NCBI GenBank assembly: GCA_963765335.1
Contig: CAVXWA010000010.1
Location: 187,920 to 251,919, forward strand
Direction: 5' to 3'
Origin: an uncultured Gammaproteobacteria bacterium
GTDB lineage: Bacteria > Pseudomonadota > Gammaproteobacteria > Xanthomonadales > Rhodanobacteraceae
Length of the DNA: 64,000 nt
This document shows positions 21,068 through 30,780 of this stretch, one piece after another; position 1 is the stretch's first letter; each line of letters starts with the position of its first letter. The notes beneath the pieces were generated by a model, which was not told the DNA's origin, did no database searches, and saw only the letters and a program-made list of their open reading frames with translations. Position numbers and translations under genes: made by a program.

Positions 21068-21550
21068 ATGCCTTCCTTTGACGTGATTTCCGAAGTCGAC
21101 AAGCACGAGCTGACCAATGCCGTGGACCAGGCCAACCGCGAGCTGGCCAGCCGTTTCGACTTCAAGGGCACGGACGCCAAGTTCGAACTGGACCAGTTCG
21201 TGATCACCCAGAGCGCCCCCAGCGAGTTCCAACTGGAGCAGATGCTGGACATCCTGCGCGGCCGACTGACGTCGCGAAAGATCGATATTCGCGCACTCGA
21301 CGCTGCAGACCCGGAAACCAACCTGGGTGGTGCCCGCCAGAAGATCACGGTCAAGCAGGGTATCGAACAGGCCGTGGCCAAGAAGCTCGTGGCTGGACTG
21401 AAGGAAGCCAAGCTCAAGGTCGAAGCGCAGATCAATGGCGACAAGCTGCGCGTCACCGGCAAGAAGCGCGACGACCTGCAGCTGGCCATGGCCGTGCTAC
21501 GCAAGGCCGACGTCGAGCTGCCTTTGCAGTTCGACAATTTTCGCGACTGA
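21068..21550 (+). CDS. yajQ: YajQ family nucleotide/c-di-GMP-binding protein
   Basis: MPSFDVISEVD, RFDFKG, RVTGKKRDDLQ, LQFDNFRD. Confidence 0.97.
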   Translation: MPSFDVISEVDKHELTNAVDQANRELASRFDFKGTDAKFELDQFVITQSAPSEFQLEQMLDILRGRLTSRKIDIRALDAADPETNLGGARQKITVKQGIEQAVAKKLVAGLKEAKLKVEAQINGDKLRVTGKKRDDLQLAMAVLRKADVELPLQFDNFRD

Positions 21551-21563
21551 GGGCTGCAGGTTA

Positions 21564-21588
21564 TTCGCCCCGGCCCACCCGGGGCGAA
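21564..21588. terminator. Hairpin between convergent yajQ and DUF1345 genes
   Basis: ttcgccccgg-cccac-ccggggcgaa. Confidence 0.55.
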
Positions 21589-21595
21589 CGACGGC

Positions 21596-22294
21596 CTAGG
21601 CAGCCAAGCCTGCCGCGATATTCACGCTGATGGCGATGATGAATACATTGAAGAAGAACGCGATCACGCTGTGTAGCAGCGCCACGCGACGCAGGTAGCG
21701 ACTAGTGATCTGCACGTCCGACACCTGGAACGTCATGCCGATCACGATCGCGAAATAAGCGAAATCCCAATAATCCGGCTGTTGGGTGCCTGGGAATTCC
21801 AGCCCTTCGTGCTTTTTGCCGTAGTCACCATAGAAGCCATGGGCGTAATGCATGGCGAACATGGAATTCATGAACAGCCATGACAGCACGATGCTGGCTG
21901 CGGCGATAAGCAATGCCTGGGCGCCACCACTTTTGGCCGCATGCAGTTCCGTGGTCAGCGCCAGTGCCACGATGCCGGTGAGTGCCAGACCGCTCCACAG
22001 CACGCCCCAGCGCCCCGCATCCTGCGCCTTCGCCTGACGTCGCATCTGATCGATCGTTCCACACTGGTTGAACAGCACGGCAAGCGCAATCAAATAGACA
22101 AGCGCACCGACATCGAAGCCGAGTAGTAGCGAAGCGAAAGGCGGCAGATGAAACCAGCGCCATAACACCAGTCCGACCGCCAGGAAGATGACGCCAGCAA
22201 TGGCCAGCCGTGGACGCACCCGAAGTTCACGCAAGGGTCGCCAGTGCCAACCCGAAACTTGATCCACTTTGTGCTTGTCGGTTGGGGAATTCAT
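21596..22294 (-). CDS. DUF1345 family membrane protein
   Basis: [28 protein letters not shown]. Confidence 0.9.
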   Translation of the reverse strand: MNSPTDKHKVDQVSGWHWRPLRELRVRPRLAIAGVIFLAVGLVLWRWFHLPPFASLLLGFDVGALVYLIALAVLFNQCGTIDQMRRQAKAQDAGRWGVLWSGLALTGIVALALTTELHAAKSGGAQALLIAAASIVLSWLFMNSMFAMHYAHGFYGDYGKKHEGLEFPGTQQPDYWDFAYFAIVIGMTFQVSDVQITSRYLRRVALLHSVIAFFFNVFIIAISVNIAAGLAA

Positions 22295-22467
22295 GCACGA
22301 TCCCCGGCTGCGGTCGAACGGCTCATCACCAAGACAGTCTCTCCATGACCCGACTCGCGGGCATGACGCATCTTAAAGCCGTTTTCGTTGCGATGCCGCT
22401 GCAGCAGGCTCCAGTGAAGCTCCGTGCTGGCCAGATTCATAACGCAGGGATGGGGCGACCGCGTACT

Positions 22468-22743
22468 TCAGACATGAAGATCCGCGTACTCCGGGTGGCG
22501 CGTCATCCAGATGTCCGAATAGGAGCAAGCCGGATTAACCTTCCAGTGCTCTGCACGCGCCTTGTCCAACGCGGTGCGCACGAGATTCGAGGCAATTCCG
22601 CGACCACCCACCGCCGACGGCACGATGGTGTGCGTTATCGTCATGACGCCGTCCAAGAGCGTGTAATCGAGCACGCAGGGAATGCCGTCGACCTTGACCT
22701 CGAAACGATGCTCTCTCGGGTTGTGATTGATCTCGGCGAACAT
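22468..22743 (-). CDS. GNAT family N-acetyltransferase (YjdJ-like)
   Basis: HTIVPSAVGGRGIA, VNPACSY. Confidence 0.9.
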   Translation of the reverse strand: MFAEINHNPREHRFEVKVDGIPCVLDYTLLDGVMTITHTIVPSAVGGRGIASNLVRTALDKARAEHWKVNPACSYSDIWMTRHPEYADLHV

Positions 22744-22896
22744 GAAACGCTTCCGTAGACAGAACAAGGGCGCGGAAGATTAAAGCATCCATTGGCGAAT
22801 CCGGCGTGAAGGTATCGACATCCGGCTTTCGCGTTTCATGCATGACGATGTCGGCAAACTTCCGCCGACACCTGTGACCCACGGCGAGGATTGATC

Positions 22897-23322
22897 ATGA
22901 AAAGAACCGCTTCCGCCTCCTGGTCGGGCGGCCTGAAGGATGGCAAAGGCACCGTGTCGACGGCTACGGGCGTACTGCGCGATGCGCCCTACGGGTTTCG
23001 TTCGCGATTCGAAGACGGCCCCGGTACCAACCCCGAGGAATTGCTGGGCGCGGCACATGCAGGTTGCTACACCATGGCACTCGCCGCGGGTCTCGAACAG
23101 GCGGGCTTCGCAGCGGTGCGCATCGACACCAAGGCGGTGGTTACGCTGGACAAAGATGGCGATGGATTTTCGATCACCACCGTCGACCTGACGAATCGCA
23201 CCAAGGCACCCGATATCGACGCCGCCACGTTCGACAAGATCGCCAAGGCCACCAAGGAAGCTTGCCCCGTGTCCAAGGTATTGAAAGCAAAGATCACGCT
23301 CGACGCGCAACTGGAAAGCTAG
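22897..23322 (+). CDS. osmC: OsmC family peroxiredoxin
   Basis: GTNPEELLGAAHAGC, CPVSK. Confidence 0.95.
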   Translation: MKRTASASWSGGLKDGKGTVSTATGVLRDAPYGFRSRFEDGPGTNPEELLGAAHAGCYTMALAAGLEQAGFAAVRIDTKAVVTLDKDGDGFSITTVDLTNRTKAPDIDAATFDKIAKATKEACPVSKVLKAKITLDAQLES

Positions 23323-23610
23323 GGATGCCCTGATCAGCTCAGCGCAGGCGTCATGATGTCCAGAAGACCCGCAGGCGGTGTTGCTTGGCGCCGGGAAGAC
23401 TGGCCGTCTTGCCAAGCCGCGCGGCACCGCCTGTGGGCCTTCTGGACATCACCCCATCACTTTGAATTCGATTCGTGGGGCCGGTCCTGTCTGTCCGCAT
23501 CCCTTCGGTGCGCCGACTCGACAGACGGCCAGTCCGCTGTCGCCGACGCCCCTGTGGTCTGCGAACAGACAGGACCGGTGACGCCTGCGCAGAGTTGATC
23601 AGAGCATCCC
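23322..23610. mobile_element. MITE family B, copy 1
   Basis: About 32-bp terminal inverted repeats GGGATGC.CTGATCA.CTC.GCGCAGGCGTCA, TA on both sides, near-identical to 52993..53281. Confidence 0.88.
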
Positions 23611-23729
23611 TAGGGATGCCCCTGGCGGCTGGGATAGGCATCGCCTTGTCATCCCATCCGCCTGGTGCCGCGTTGTTTGGTGCTGCCATGCGCCCTACAT
23701 GGCATGCTTTTCACGCGAGCGCCTTCCCG

Positions 23730-24572
23730 ATGACCGTCCAGAATCGACGCCGTTTCGTACAATTCTGTCTCGGCGGTATCGCCGTACTTCCCTGGTCGCA
23801 CATGGTGCGCGCGTTGCCCGATGGACGCCAGGCGTGCCGACTGAGTGCCGAGCAGACGGAAGGCCCCTACTACCTCGATCGCGCGCTGTTTCGGCAAGAC
23901 ATCACCGAAGGCAGGCCCGGCATGCCACTTACGCTTCGTTTCGAGGTTGTCGATAGCCGCACCTGTCGTCCACTCAGTGGTACGGCGCTGGAGGTGTGGC
24001 ATTGCGATGCGCAGGGCGAATATTCCGGATTTAGCGGCCAAGGCGGACCAGGAGGCCCCGGCATGGGGCCGCCGCCCGGACCGCCACCGTCAGGCCTACC
24101 GCCGGGTCCACCACCGGGCGCCGGCGGCCATAGGGACATGGGTGCTCATCCGCCCGAGAGCGTGGCGACTGACGAGCACACCTTCCTGCGCGGCGTGCAG
24201 GTTGCCGATGCGCGCGGCGAGGTGACGTTCCACACGATTTTCCCTGGCTATTACATGGGGCGCTGCAACCACATCCACATGAAATTGCATGTCGGCGGCG
24301 AACTGACCGATGGCCATTACCGGGGTGGCCAGGTCGTGCACACCGGCCAGTTGTTCTTCGAAGAGCGGGCCAGCATCGCCGCGATGGAAAACGCGCCCTA
24401 CCAGCGACACGGCATCACACGAACCACGCTGCAGGAAGACAACGTCTACGCCACACAGCATGGCCAACTATCGATCGCCGCCTTGACGCCGACCGAGACA
24501 GGTAAAGCGCAAGCCGCACGACTTACGCTTACCATCGATCCCCAAAACACGTCGCGCGAAGGCTGGGGCTGA
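23730..24572 (+). CDS. Intradiol ring-cleavage dioxygenase-like protein with twin-arginine-like signal
   Basis: RRRFVQF N-terminus, TEGPYY, VWHCDAQGEYSG, FLRGVQ, TIFPGYY.GRCNHIH. Confidence 0.88.
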   Translation: MTVQNRRRFVQFCLGGIAVLPWSHMVRALPDGRQACRLSAEQTEGPYYLDRALFRQDITEGRPGMPLTLRFEVVDSRTCRPLSGTALEVWHCDAQGEYSGFSGQGGPGGPGMGPPPGPPPSGLPPGPPPGAGGHRDMGAHPPESVATDEHTFLRGVQVADARGEVTFHTIFPGYYMGRCNHIHMKLHVGGELTDGHYRGGQVVHTGQLFFEERASIAAMENAPYQRHGITRTTLQEDNVYATQHGQLSIAALTPTETGKAQAARLTLTIDPQNTSREGWG

Positions 24573-24580
24573 CCGGTCAG

Positions 24581-25666
24581 TCAGACACGTACGGCCGCCT
24601 TTCGCGGCGCGAACACGGCGCGACGTGCACGCACGCCCTCCGCCAACCGCTCAAGCACGGCGAGCGACGCGTCCCAATCGATGCAACCATCGGTGATGCT
24701 CTGCCCGTAGCGCAGCGGCTGCCCGGGCACGAGGTCCTGGCGCCCACCGAGCAGGTGGCTTTCCACCATCATGCCTACGATGCGCCGCTCACCCTTCGCG
24801 AGCTGCGCTGCGATATCAGCCACCACCGCGGGCTGCTTTTCCGGCCGCTTACCGCTGTTGGCATGACTGGCATCGATCATCACCCGTCCGTCCAGGCCCG
24901 CGCGCGTCATGACGAGACAAGCCGCATCGACACTGACCGCGTCGTAATTCGGCGCGCTGCCGCCACGCAGGATGACGTGGCAATCCTCGTTGCCCGTGGT
25001 GGCGGCAATGGCTGTCTGGCCATCCTTGGTGACCGCCATGAAATGATGTGGCTGCGACGCCGCCTGCACCGCATCCACGGCGATCTTCACATTGCCATCG
25101 GTGCCGTTCTTGAAGCCCACCGGGCAGGAAAGCCCCGAGGCCAGCTCACGGTGCACCTGGCTTTCCGTCGTGCGCGCGCCAATGGCTCCCCACGCCACCA
25201 GGTCGGCGATGTACTGGGGCGTGATCATGTCGAGGAACTCGCAGCCGGCAGGCACGCCAAGTTCGTTGATGTCGCGCAGGAGGCCACGCGCCAGCCGCAG
25301 GCCCTTGTCGATGTGAAAGCTGCCGTCCAGGTCCGGATCGTTGATCAGTCCTTTCCAGCCCACCGTGGTGCGCGGCTTCTCGAAATACACGCGCATCACG
25401 ATCTCCAGTTCGTCGGCGTAGCGATCGCGCTGTGCTGCAAGGCGCTTTGCGTAGTCGATGGCCGCGGTCGTGTCGTGTATCGAACATGGGCCGATCACCA
25501 CGGCGATGCGGTCGTCGTCGCCGGCCAGAATGCCATGCAGCGACTGGCGGCAAGCAGCGACGGTGTTGGCGGCGCGACCGGTCAGCACGCAGTCGCGCAT
25601 GACCTCAGCGGGCGTGCTGAGCGTGGTAAGGGCACGGATGCGCAAATCGTCGGTGGGCTGGTTCAC
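24581..25666 (-). CDS. aroG: 3-deoxy-7-phosphoheptulonate (DAHP) synthase, class I
   Basis: DDLRI, GPCSIHD, RVYFEKPRTTVGWKG, IGARTTESQ, SHANS. Confidence 0.96.
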   Translation of the reverse strand: MNQPTDDLRIRALTTLSTPAEVMRDCVLTGRAANTVAACRQSLHGILAGDDDRIAVVIGPCSIHDTTAAIDYAKRLAAQRDRYADELEIVMRVYFEKPRTTVGWKGLINDPDLDGSFHIDKGLRLARGLLRDINELGVPAGCEFLDMITPQYIADLVAWGAIGARTTESQVHRELASGLSCPVGFKNGTDGNVKIAVDAVQAASQPHHFMAVTKDGQTAIAATTGNEDCHVILRGGSAPNYDAVSVDAACLVMTRAGLDGRVMIDASHANSGKRPEKQPAVVADIAAQLAKGERRIVGMMVESHLLGGRQDLVPGQPLRYGQSITDGCIDWDASLAVLERLAEGVRARRAVFAPRKAAVRV

Positions 25667-25698
25667 GGTGTTCTCCTGGAGGATCCCACTCGCGGCCC

Positions 25699-25729
25699 AA
25701 AAAAAAGCCGCCAGTAGTGGGCTGGCGGC
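25699..25729 (-). terminator. Attenuator terminator upstream of DAHP synthase
   Basis: Minus strand GCCGCCAG-CCCACTA-CTGGCGGC followed by T run, about 33 nt before the start codon. Confidence 0.85.
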
Positions 25730-25753
25730 ATGTTCGGGAATGGTGTCTTGTCG

Positions 25754-25837
25754 TTACGACAGTCGCGCCCAACCCTCCGCCAGCGGCATCGGATAGCCGT
25801 GATACCAAAAATACTGGCGGGCGGAGGCGGTCGTCAT
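25754..25837 (-). CDS. Leader peptide of aromatic amino acid attenuator (MTTASARQYFWYHGYPMPLAEGWARLS)
   Basis: 27-aa ORF with consecutive Tyr-Phe-Trp-Tyr codons, overlapping alternative stems. Confidence 0.8.
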   Translation of the reverse strand: MTTASARQYFWYHGYPMPLAEGWARLS

Positions 25838-25909
25838 GGGCGATAGAGATAACACAGCGATTTGTCGCGTGCAAAAGATGCATTTGTAACTACACGCTAG
25901 AATTGCGCC

Positions 25910-26833
25910 ATGCCCTCGCCCTGGACATTGCTGGCCCTGCCTGCCCGAGAACCGATCCGCCGCTGGGTGCTGAGCGCCTTCCCGCGTGGCGGTGGTGGTC
26001 TCGTCGATTACGATCATCCGCACGGTGACCCTGGCCTGTTCGGTCCGCACAGCGCCACGTGGCGCGTCCATGCGGATTTCCCGGGCATGCTTGCGGGTGG
26101 CCTCGCCGCGCTGATGTTGCAGACCCTGCATCCCTTGGCACTGGCCGGCGTCTGGGATCACTCAAATTTCCGCGACGACCTGATCGGACGCCTGCGCCGT
26201 ACCACGTCCTTCGTCAGCGGCACCACGTATGCGCCCCGCGACCAAACGGCTGCCCTGATCGAGCGCGTCAAGACCATCCACTCACGGGTTCGGGGCCTTG
26301 CCGAAGATGGACGTCCATACTCCGCCAATGACCCTCACCTGCTGACCTGGGTACATGTAACCGAGGCCTATAGCTTCCTGCAGGGCTATCGGCGATACAG
26401 CCACATCACCTTGCCGGCCGGTGCCGCTGATCGCTACTACGACGAGGTGCGACGTGTCGCCGAAGCGCTTGGCGCGCGTGAAGTGCCGGCGTCGGAGGCG
26501 CAGGTCAACCACTACTTCAGACAGGTTCGACCCGAATTGCATTTCAGCGGGCGCTCGCGCGAAGTGCTGGACGTGTTGTCGCGCGTGCGTCTGCCCGTGC
26601 CCATCGCCGGTCTGTCGCGAGATGTGTTCCTGCAGGCGGGCGCTGCCCTGCTGCCGTCGTGGGCGGAGACGCTGCTGGAGCGATCGCCGTTGCAGCGCGC
26701 ACAAGCGCGGCTCGCAGCGCGCGCGCTATGGTCGGTGTCGCCCATCTTCCGCGCCGCCCTGCACGATGGCATTGCCAGCCGTGCGTGCGCACGTGTTGGC
26801 GTCCCTGCCGAGGCGCTGCAACGCTGGGATTAG
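25910..26833 (+). CDS. Oxygenase MpaB/DUF2236 family protein
   Basis: GLFGP.S.TWRVH, LQTLHP, GVWDHS, YSANDP.LL.WVH. Confidence 0.9.
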   Translation: MPSPWTLLALPAREPIRRWVLSAFPRGGGGLVDYDHPHGDPGLFGPHSATWRVHADFPGMLAGGLAALMLQTLHPLALAGVWDHSNFRDDLIGRLRRTTSFVSGTTYAPRDQTAALIERVKTIHSRVRGLAEDGRPYSANDPHLLTWVHVTEAYSFLQGYRRYSHITLPAGAADRYYDEVRRVAEALGAREVPASEAQVNHYFRQVRPELHFSGRSREVLDVLSRVRLPVPIAGLSRDVFLQAGAALLPSWAETLLERSPLQRAQARLAARALWSVSPIFRAALHDGIASRACARVGVPAEALQRWD

Positions 26834-27027
26834 CACCTGCACGAGCGACGCCTCGAGCAGCCAGGGGCCCTGGTGGATATCCCGAATACCCCTCGCCTCC
26901 CACGGGGTGTCGGCCACTCGCCCAGATTGACAGGCCGCGCCGATCGGCTAACGTCGCCCGGATCGGAACGTCAGGGGGCGGAAGAGCTCCTGGCGCAGGC
27001 CACGCAAAGGCATCAGGAAGGCTCTCA

Positions 27028-28899
27028 TTGGCGACGCTTATTCCAACCCGCAACAGCTGTCTGCCGCAGATGACCAGTGGCGAGAAACGTCTTTCGGAGC
27101 GGCTGGAACATAAGCTCGAAGACGATTACCTGCTCTGGTACGACGTACCTGTCGGCCCCAGGCAGCGCCGCCCTGACTTCATCGTGTTCCATCCGCGCCG
27201 TGGCCTGTTGGTGCTGGAGGTGAAGGACTGGAAGCCCGGCACCATCCAGCAGGCCGACCGCACGCTGTTCACCCTGCTTGCCGGGAACAGCAGCGTGAAG
27301 GAGCACAACCCGCTGATGCAGGCACGTGACTACGCCAGCGAGATCTACAAGGTGCTGCAGCGCGATCCGGCGCTACGCCACCCGCCAGGACATATGTACG
27401 AAGGCAAGCTGCTGATGCCCTGGGGCTATGGCGTCGTGCTGGCCAATATCAGCCGCAAGCAATTCGACGCCGGCCAGCTTGAGACGGTGATTCCCGCCCA
27501 CCTGGTGATCTGCCAGGACGAGATGTACGAATCGGTCGAGCCCGAAGCATTCCAGGAACAACTGTGGGCGATGTTCCCGCAGATTTTCCCCACCGCCCTG
27601 ACCTTGCCGCAGATCGATCGCGTGCGCTGGCACTTGTTTCCGGAAATCCGCGTGGAGCTGGGCGAGGGCCAGTTCGGCCTGTTTGGCCAGGGCGAGCGCA
27701 GCCAAGCGAAGGCGCTGGAGATTCCCGACCTGATCAAGGTGATGGACGCGCAGCAGGAGCTGCTGGCGCGCTCGCTGGGCGACGAGCACCGCATCATTCA
27801 CGGCGTGGCGGGTTCGGGCAAGACCATGATCCTCGGCTTTCGCGCGATGCAGCTGGCGCGGGCCCTGTCCAAGCCGATCCTCGTGCTTTGCTACAACAAG
27901 ACGCTGGCTGCACGCCTGGACCAGCTGATGGGCGAGCGCGGCCTCAGCGACAAGGTGCAGGTCTACAACTTCCACAAGTGGTGCCGCAGCATGCTGACGG
28001 CCTACCACGTGCCGCTGCCGACCGACGGGCCACACTTCGCCGAGGAGCTTCCGCCCGCAGTGATTGCCGGCGTCGACAGCGGGCAGATTCCGCGCTTCCA
28101 GTACGGCGCTGTGCTGATCGACGAAGGCCACGACTTCGAGCCGGACTGGTACAAGCTCATCGTGCAGATGATCGACCCCCATACCAATTCGCTGCTGGTG
28201 CTGTACGACGATGCGCAAAACATCTACGGGCAGGCCAGCCGCAAGAAGCTCAGCTGGAAAAGCCTGGGTGTGCAGGCGCAGGGCCGCACCACCATCCTCA
28301 AGCTCAACTATCGCAACACGCTGGAGATCCTTTCGGTGGCACGCGGCTTCGCCAACGAGCTGTTGCTGGAGCGTGCGGAAGAGGACGACGGCGTACCGTT
28401 GATCGCCCCCGAAAGCGCTGGGCGTCGCGGCGCGTTGCCGGAGCTGATCCGTGTGGAGCGCATGGAAGACCAGCTGCCTGCGATCATCCAGCGCCTGCGT
28501 GACGAGCACGCAGGCGGGCGTCACCTGTCCGACATGGCGGTGATTTTCCGCAACGGCTGGGAGGGCGAGAAGCTGCACGAGGCCTTGCAGCGCGCGCAGA
28601 TACCCAGTCGCCTCGCGGAGGGCAACGGCAAGAGCTCGTTGTTCGTGGTCGACGACACCGTCAAACTGGTGACCATGCACTCCAGCAAAGGGCTGGAATT
28701 TCCGCTGGTGATCATCCCCGGCTTGGGCTCGCTCCCCAAGCCTGGCAAGGACGAGGTCGAAGAGGCACGCCTGCTCTATGTCGCCATGACCCGCGCAACG
28801 GAGCGGCTGATACTGATCCACCATGAAGATTCCATCTTCAGCCAGCGCATTCGGCATTCCATCAACGAGGTGCAGGGACAGCTCGCTGAAGTGGCATGA
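27028..28899 (+). CDS. NERD nuclease fused to SF1 (UvrD-like) helicase
   Basis: TTG start after AGGAAGG; PDFIV...LEVKDW; GVAGSGKT, IDEGHD, NYRN, TMHSSKGLEF, LYVAMTRA. Confidence 0.92.
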   Translation: MATLIPTRNSCLPQMTSGEKRLSERLEHKLEDDYLLWYDVPVGPRQRRPDFIVFHPRRGLLVLEVKDWKPGTIQQADRTLFTLLAGNSSVKEHNPLMQARDYASEIYKVLQRDPALRHPPGHMYEGKLLMPWGYGVVLANISRKQFDAGQLETVIPAHLVICQDEMYESVEPEAFQEQLWAMFPQIFPTALTLPQIDRVRWHLFPEIRVELGEGQFGLFGQGERSQAKALEIPDLIKVMDAQQELLARSLGDEHRIIHGVAGSGKTMILGFRAMQLARALSKPILVLCYNKTLAARLDQLMGERGLSDKVQVYNFHKWCRSMLTAYHVPLPTDGPHFAEELPPAVIAGVDSGQIPRFQYGAVLIDEGHDFEPDWYKLIVQMIDPHTNSLLVLYDDAQNIYGQASRKKLSWKSLGVQAQGRTTILKLNYRNTLEILSVARGFANELLLERAEEDDGVPLIAPESAGRRGALPELIRVERMEDQLPAIIQRLRDEHAGGRHLSDMAVIFRNGWEGEKLHEALQRAQIPSRLAEGNGKSSLFVVDDTVKLVTMHSSKGLEFPLVIIPGLGSLPKPGKDEVEEARLLYVAMTRATERLILIHHEDSIFSQRIRHSINEVQGQLAEVA

Positions 28900-29063
28900 A
28901 TCATGGCCCTGACCTTCTCACGTGATGGCGATGCCAACGGAGCATCGTGCGCGGATTCGGGCTTCCTGCGCCGCCATCGCTACATGGCAGCGCGCCGCTG
29001 ACATTGACCCCGGCTTCGCAAGGGGCGCAGTCTCATCGAGCCAGGATTTCGGGAGATGCACCG

Positions 29064-29768
29064 ATGAAACGCCTCGTCTGGTCCGGCCTACTGGCGCTAG
29101 GCTTTGCCCTTCCCGCCACGGCGCAGGTTACCAGCGGCTTCGTGACCGCCAACGTCCATCTTCGCGCCGGACCCGATAGCGCCTATCCGATCATCGCGGT
29201 CGTTCCGATGGGTACGGGCCTATCCATCCAGGGATGCACGGCGGGCTGGCAGTGGTGCGATGTCATCACCATGGGCACGCGCGGCTGGGTGGCCGGCACG
29301 TTCATCCAGTACACCTACCAAAACCAGCCAGTAGTCGTGATGGACTACGGCGCGCGCATCGGCATCCCGATCATCCCTTTCGTGATCGGGTCGTATTGGG
29401 GTAGCCATTACCGCGACCGGCCGTTTTATCGCCAGCGCGACTACTGGTATCACCGACCCATCGCACCGCGTCCACCGGCACGCCCTCCTGGTTATCGGCC
29501 ACCGCCGCATCCACCTGGCGGCCATCGGCCGCCGCCGCCCGGCGCTGGTCCTGGCACGCGGCCGCCGGGTGGCCATCATCCACCGAGTCAAGGTGGCCGC
29601 CCGCCAAACCATGGCAATACCCGCCCCGCGAACCCAGGCAGCAGACCACCGCCTGGCCAGGGCCAGCAGCCGCCCGGTGCCGGCAATCGCCCGCCCCAAC
29701 CAGGCAGCAACCGTCCTGCGCCACGCCCCCGTCCCGCACCTAACAACAGTGGCGGCAACAACGCTTGA
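29064..29768 (+). CDS. Secreted SH3b-domain protein with Pro/Gly-rich tail
   Basis: Signal peptide, NVHLRAGP, GC...WCDV...RGWV, long Pro-rich C-terminus. Confidence 0.88.
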   Translation: MKRLVWSGLLALGFALPATAQVTSGFVTANVHLRAGPDSAYPIIAVVPMGTGLSIQGCTAGWQWCDVITMGTRGWVAGTFIQYTYQNQPVVVMDYGARIGIPIIPFVIGSYWGSHYRDRPFYRQRDYWYHRPIAPRPPARPPGYRPPPHPPGGHRPPPPGAGPGTRPPGGHHPPSQGGRPPNHGNTRPANPGSRPPPGQGQQPPGAGNRPPQPGSNRPAPRPRPAPNNSGGNNA

Positions 29769-29779
29769 GCGCTCACCAT

Positions 29780-30259
29780 TTAAGGCCACCACCCTCGCCC
29801 ATGTTGCGCATAGCGATCCGCGGCACGCTCGAACGGATTGCGCACGCTGACGCCGCCACCCAGCAGATAAACGACAAGGAACAGCGGCCCGAGCACCATG
29901 TACTGATAGACATGCGCCCGCTCGTGATCGGCCAGCGAAATCGATGGCTCATGGCACAGACCCGCACGGTGGGCGTAGGTCAAGCAAGGCGTGTCCAACT
30001 CGTCACCGGTGTAAAGGATCACGTTGCCGAGCGTCAGTGCACCACCGGGGCCGGGCCAGGGCATGCGACGAAACGACACCGCTAGCTCCCTCCCGCGCCA
30101 TTGCATGCGCGCTCCGAACGGCACGCAGGCCATCCCTGCGAGCAAGCCCAGCAAGGTGTTGGGCAGCGTCCAGCACGCACCCACCAGCGCTACCGCACTG
30201 CGGATGGCGGAAGCGTCGATCGACTTGCGTTTCCCGCCCTCATAGCCAGGTAGCTTCAT
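29780..30259 (-). CDS. Hypothetical membrane-associated protein with HExxH motif
   Basis: WTLPNTLLG, ALTLGNVI, DHERAHVYQY, NPFERAA. Confidence 0.72.
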   Translation of the reverse strand: MKLPGYEGGKRKSIDASAIRSAVALVGACWTLPNTLLGLLAGMACVPFGARMQWRGRELAVSFRRMPWPGPGGALTLGNVILYTGDELDTPCLTYAHRAGLCHEPSISLADHERAHVYQYMVLGPLFLVVYLLGGGVSVRNPFERAADRYAQHGRGWWP

Positions 30260-30342
30260 CTTGGGCCGCCCATGCACACCTTGTTTCGACGCCGTGCCAG
30301 CACCATTTGGTGTGCCAGTGAGTTTCCAACCTGGAGTCCATT

Positions 30343-30780
30343 GTGTCCAACGTACTGAGTGTCCCATGTGCTCATTGCAGCGCACTCAATCGAGTTCCCG
30401 ACGAGCGACTTGGCGAGCACCCCACGTGCGGCCGTTGCAAGCAGCCGTTGTTCGAGGGCAAACCGCTCGAGCTGACCACCGCCAACTTTGATGCCGTGGC
30501 CGGTCGTGGAGACCTGCCTGTGGTGGTGGATTTCTGGGCGACATGGTGCGGTCCGTGTCGCGGCTTTGCTCCGGTCTTTGCCGAGGCGGCACGCAGCCTG
30601 GAGCCGCGGCTTCGAATGGTGAAAGTGGATACTGACGCGCAACCTGCCCTGGCCACGCGCTTCGGCATACGCAGCATTCCCACCTTACTGGTGCTACGCG
30701 ACGGGCGCGAAGTCGCGCGACAAGCCGGTGCACTCAACGCATCGCAGTTGCGACAGTTCCTGGATAGCGCGCTTCGCTAG
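30343..30780 (+). CDS. trxC: Thioredoxin 2
   Basis: Two N-terminal CxxC zinc motifs plus WCGPC, GGAG RBS, TTG start. Confidence 0.95.
   Translation: MSNVLSVPCAHCSALNRVPDERLGEHPTCGRCKQPLFEGKPLELTTANFDAVAGRGDLPVVVDFWATWCGPCRGFAPVFAEAARSLEPRLRMVKVDTDAQPALATRFGIRSIPTLLVLRDGREVARQAGALNASQLRQFLDSALR

Noticed and set aside
26659-27027. N-terminal extension of the NERD-helicase ORF
   Set aside because: Overlaps the DUF2236 gene and is low-complexity; an RBS plus TTG at 27028 is the better start.
27373-28857. Long antisense ORFs (also 24755..25717, 51521..52909, 59695..60849, 60901..62067)
   Set aside because: Typical stop-poor antisense frames of high-GC genes, with no motifs.
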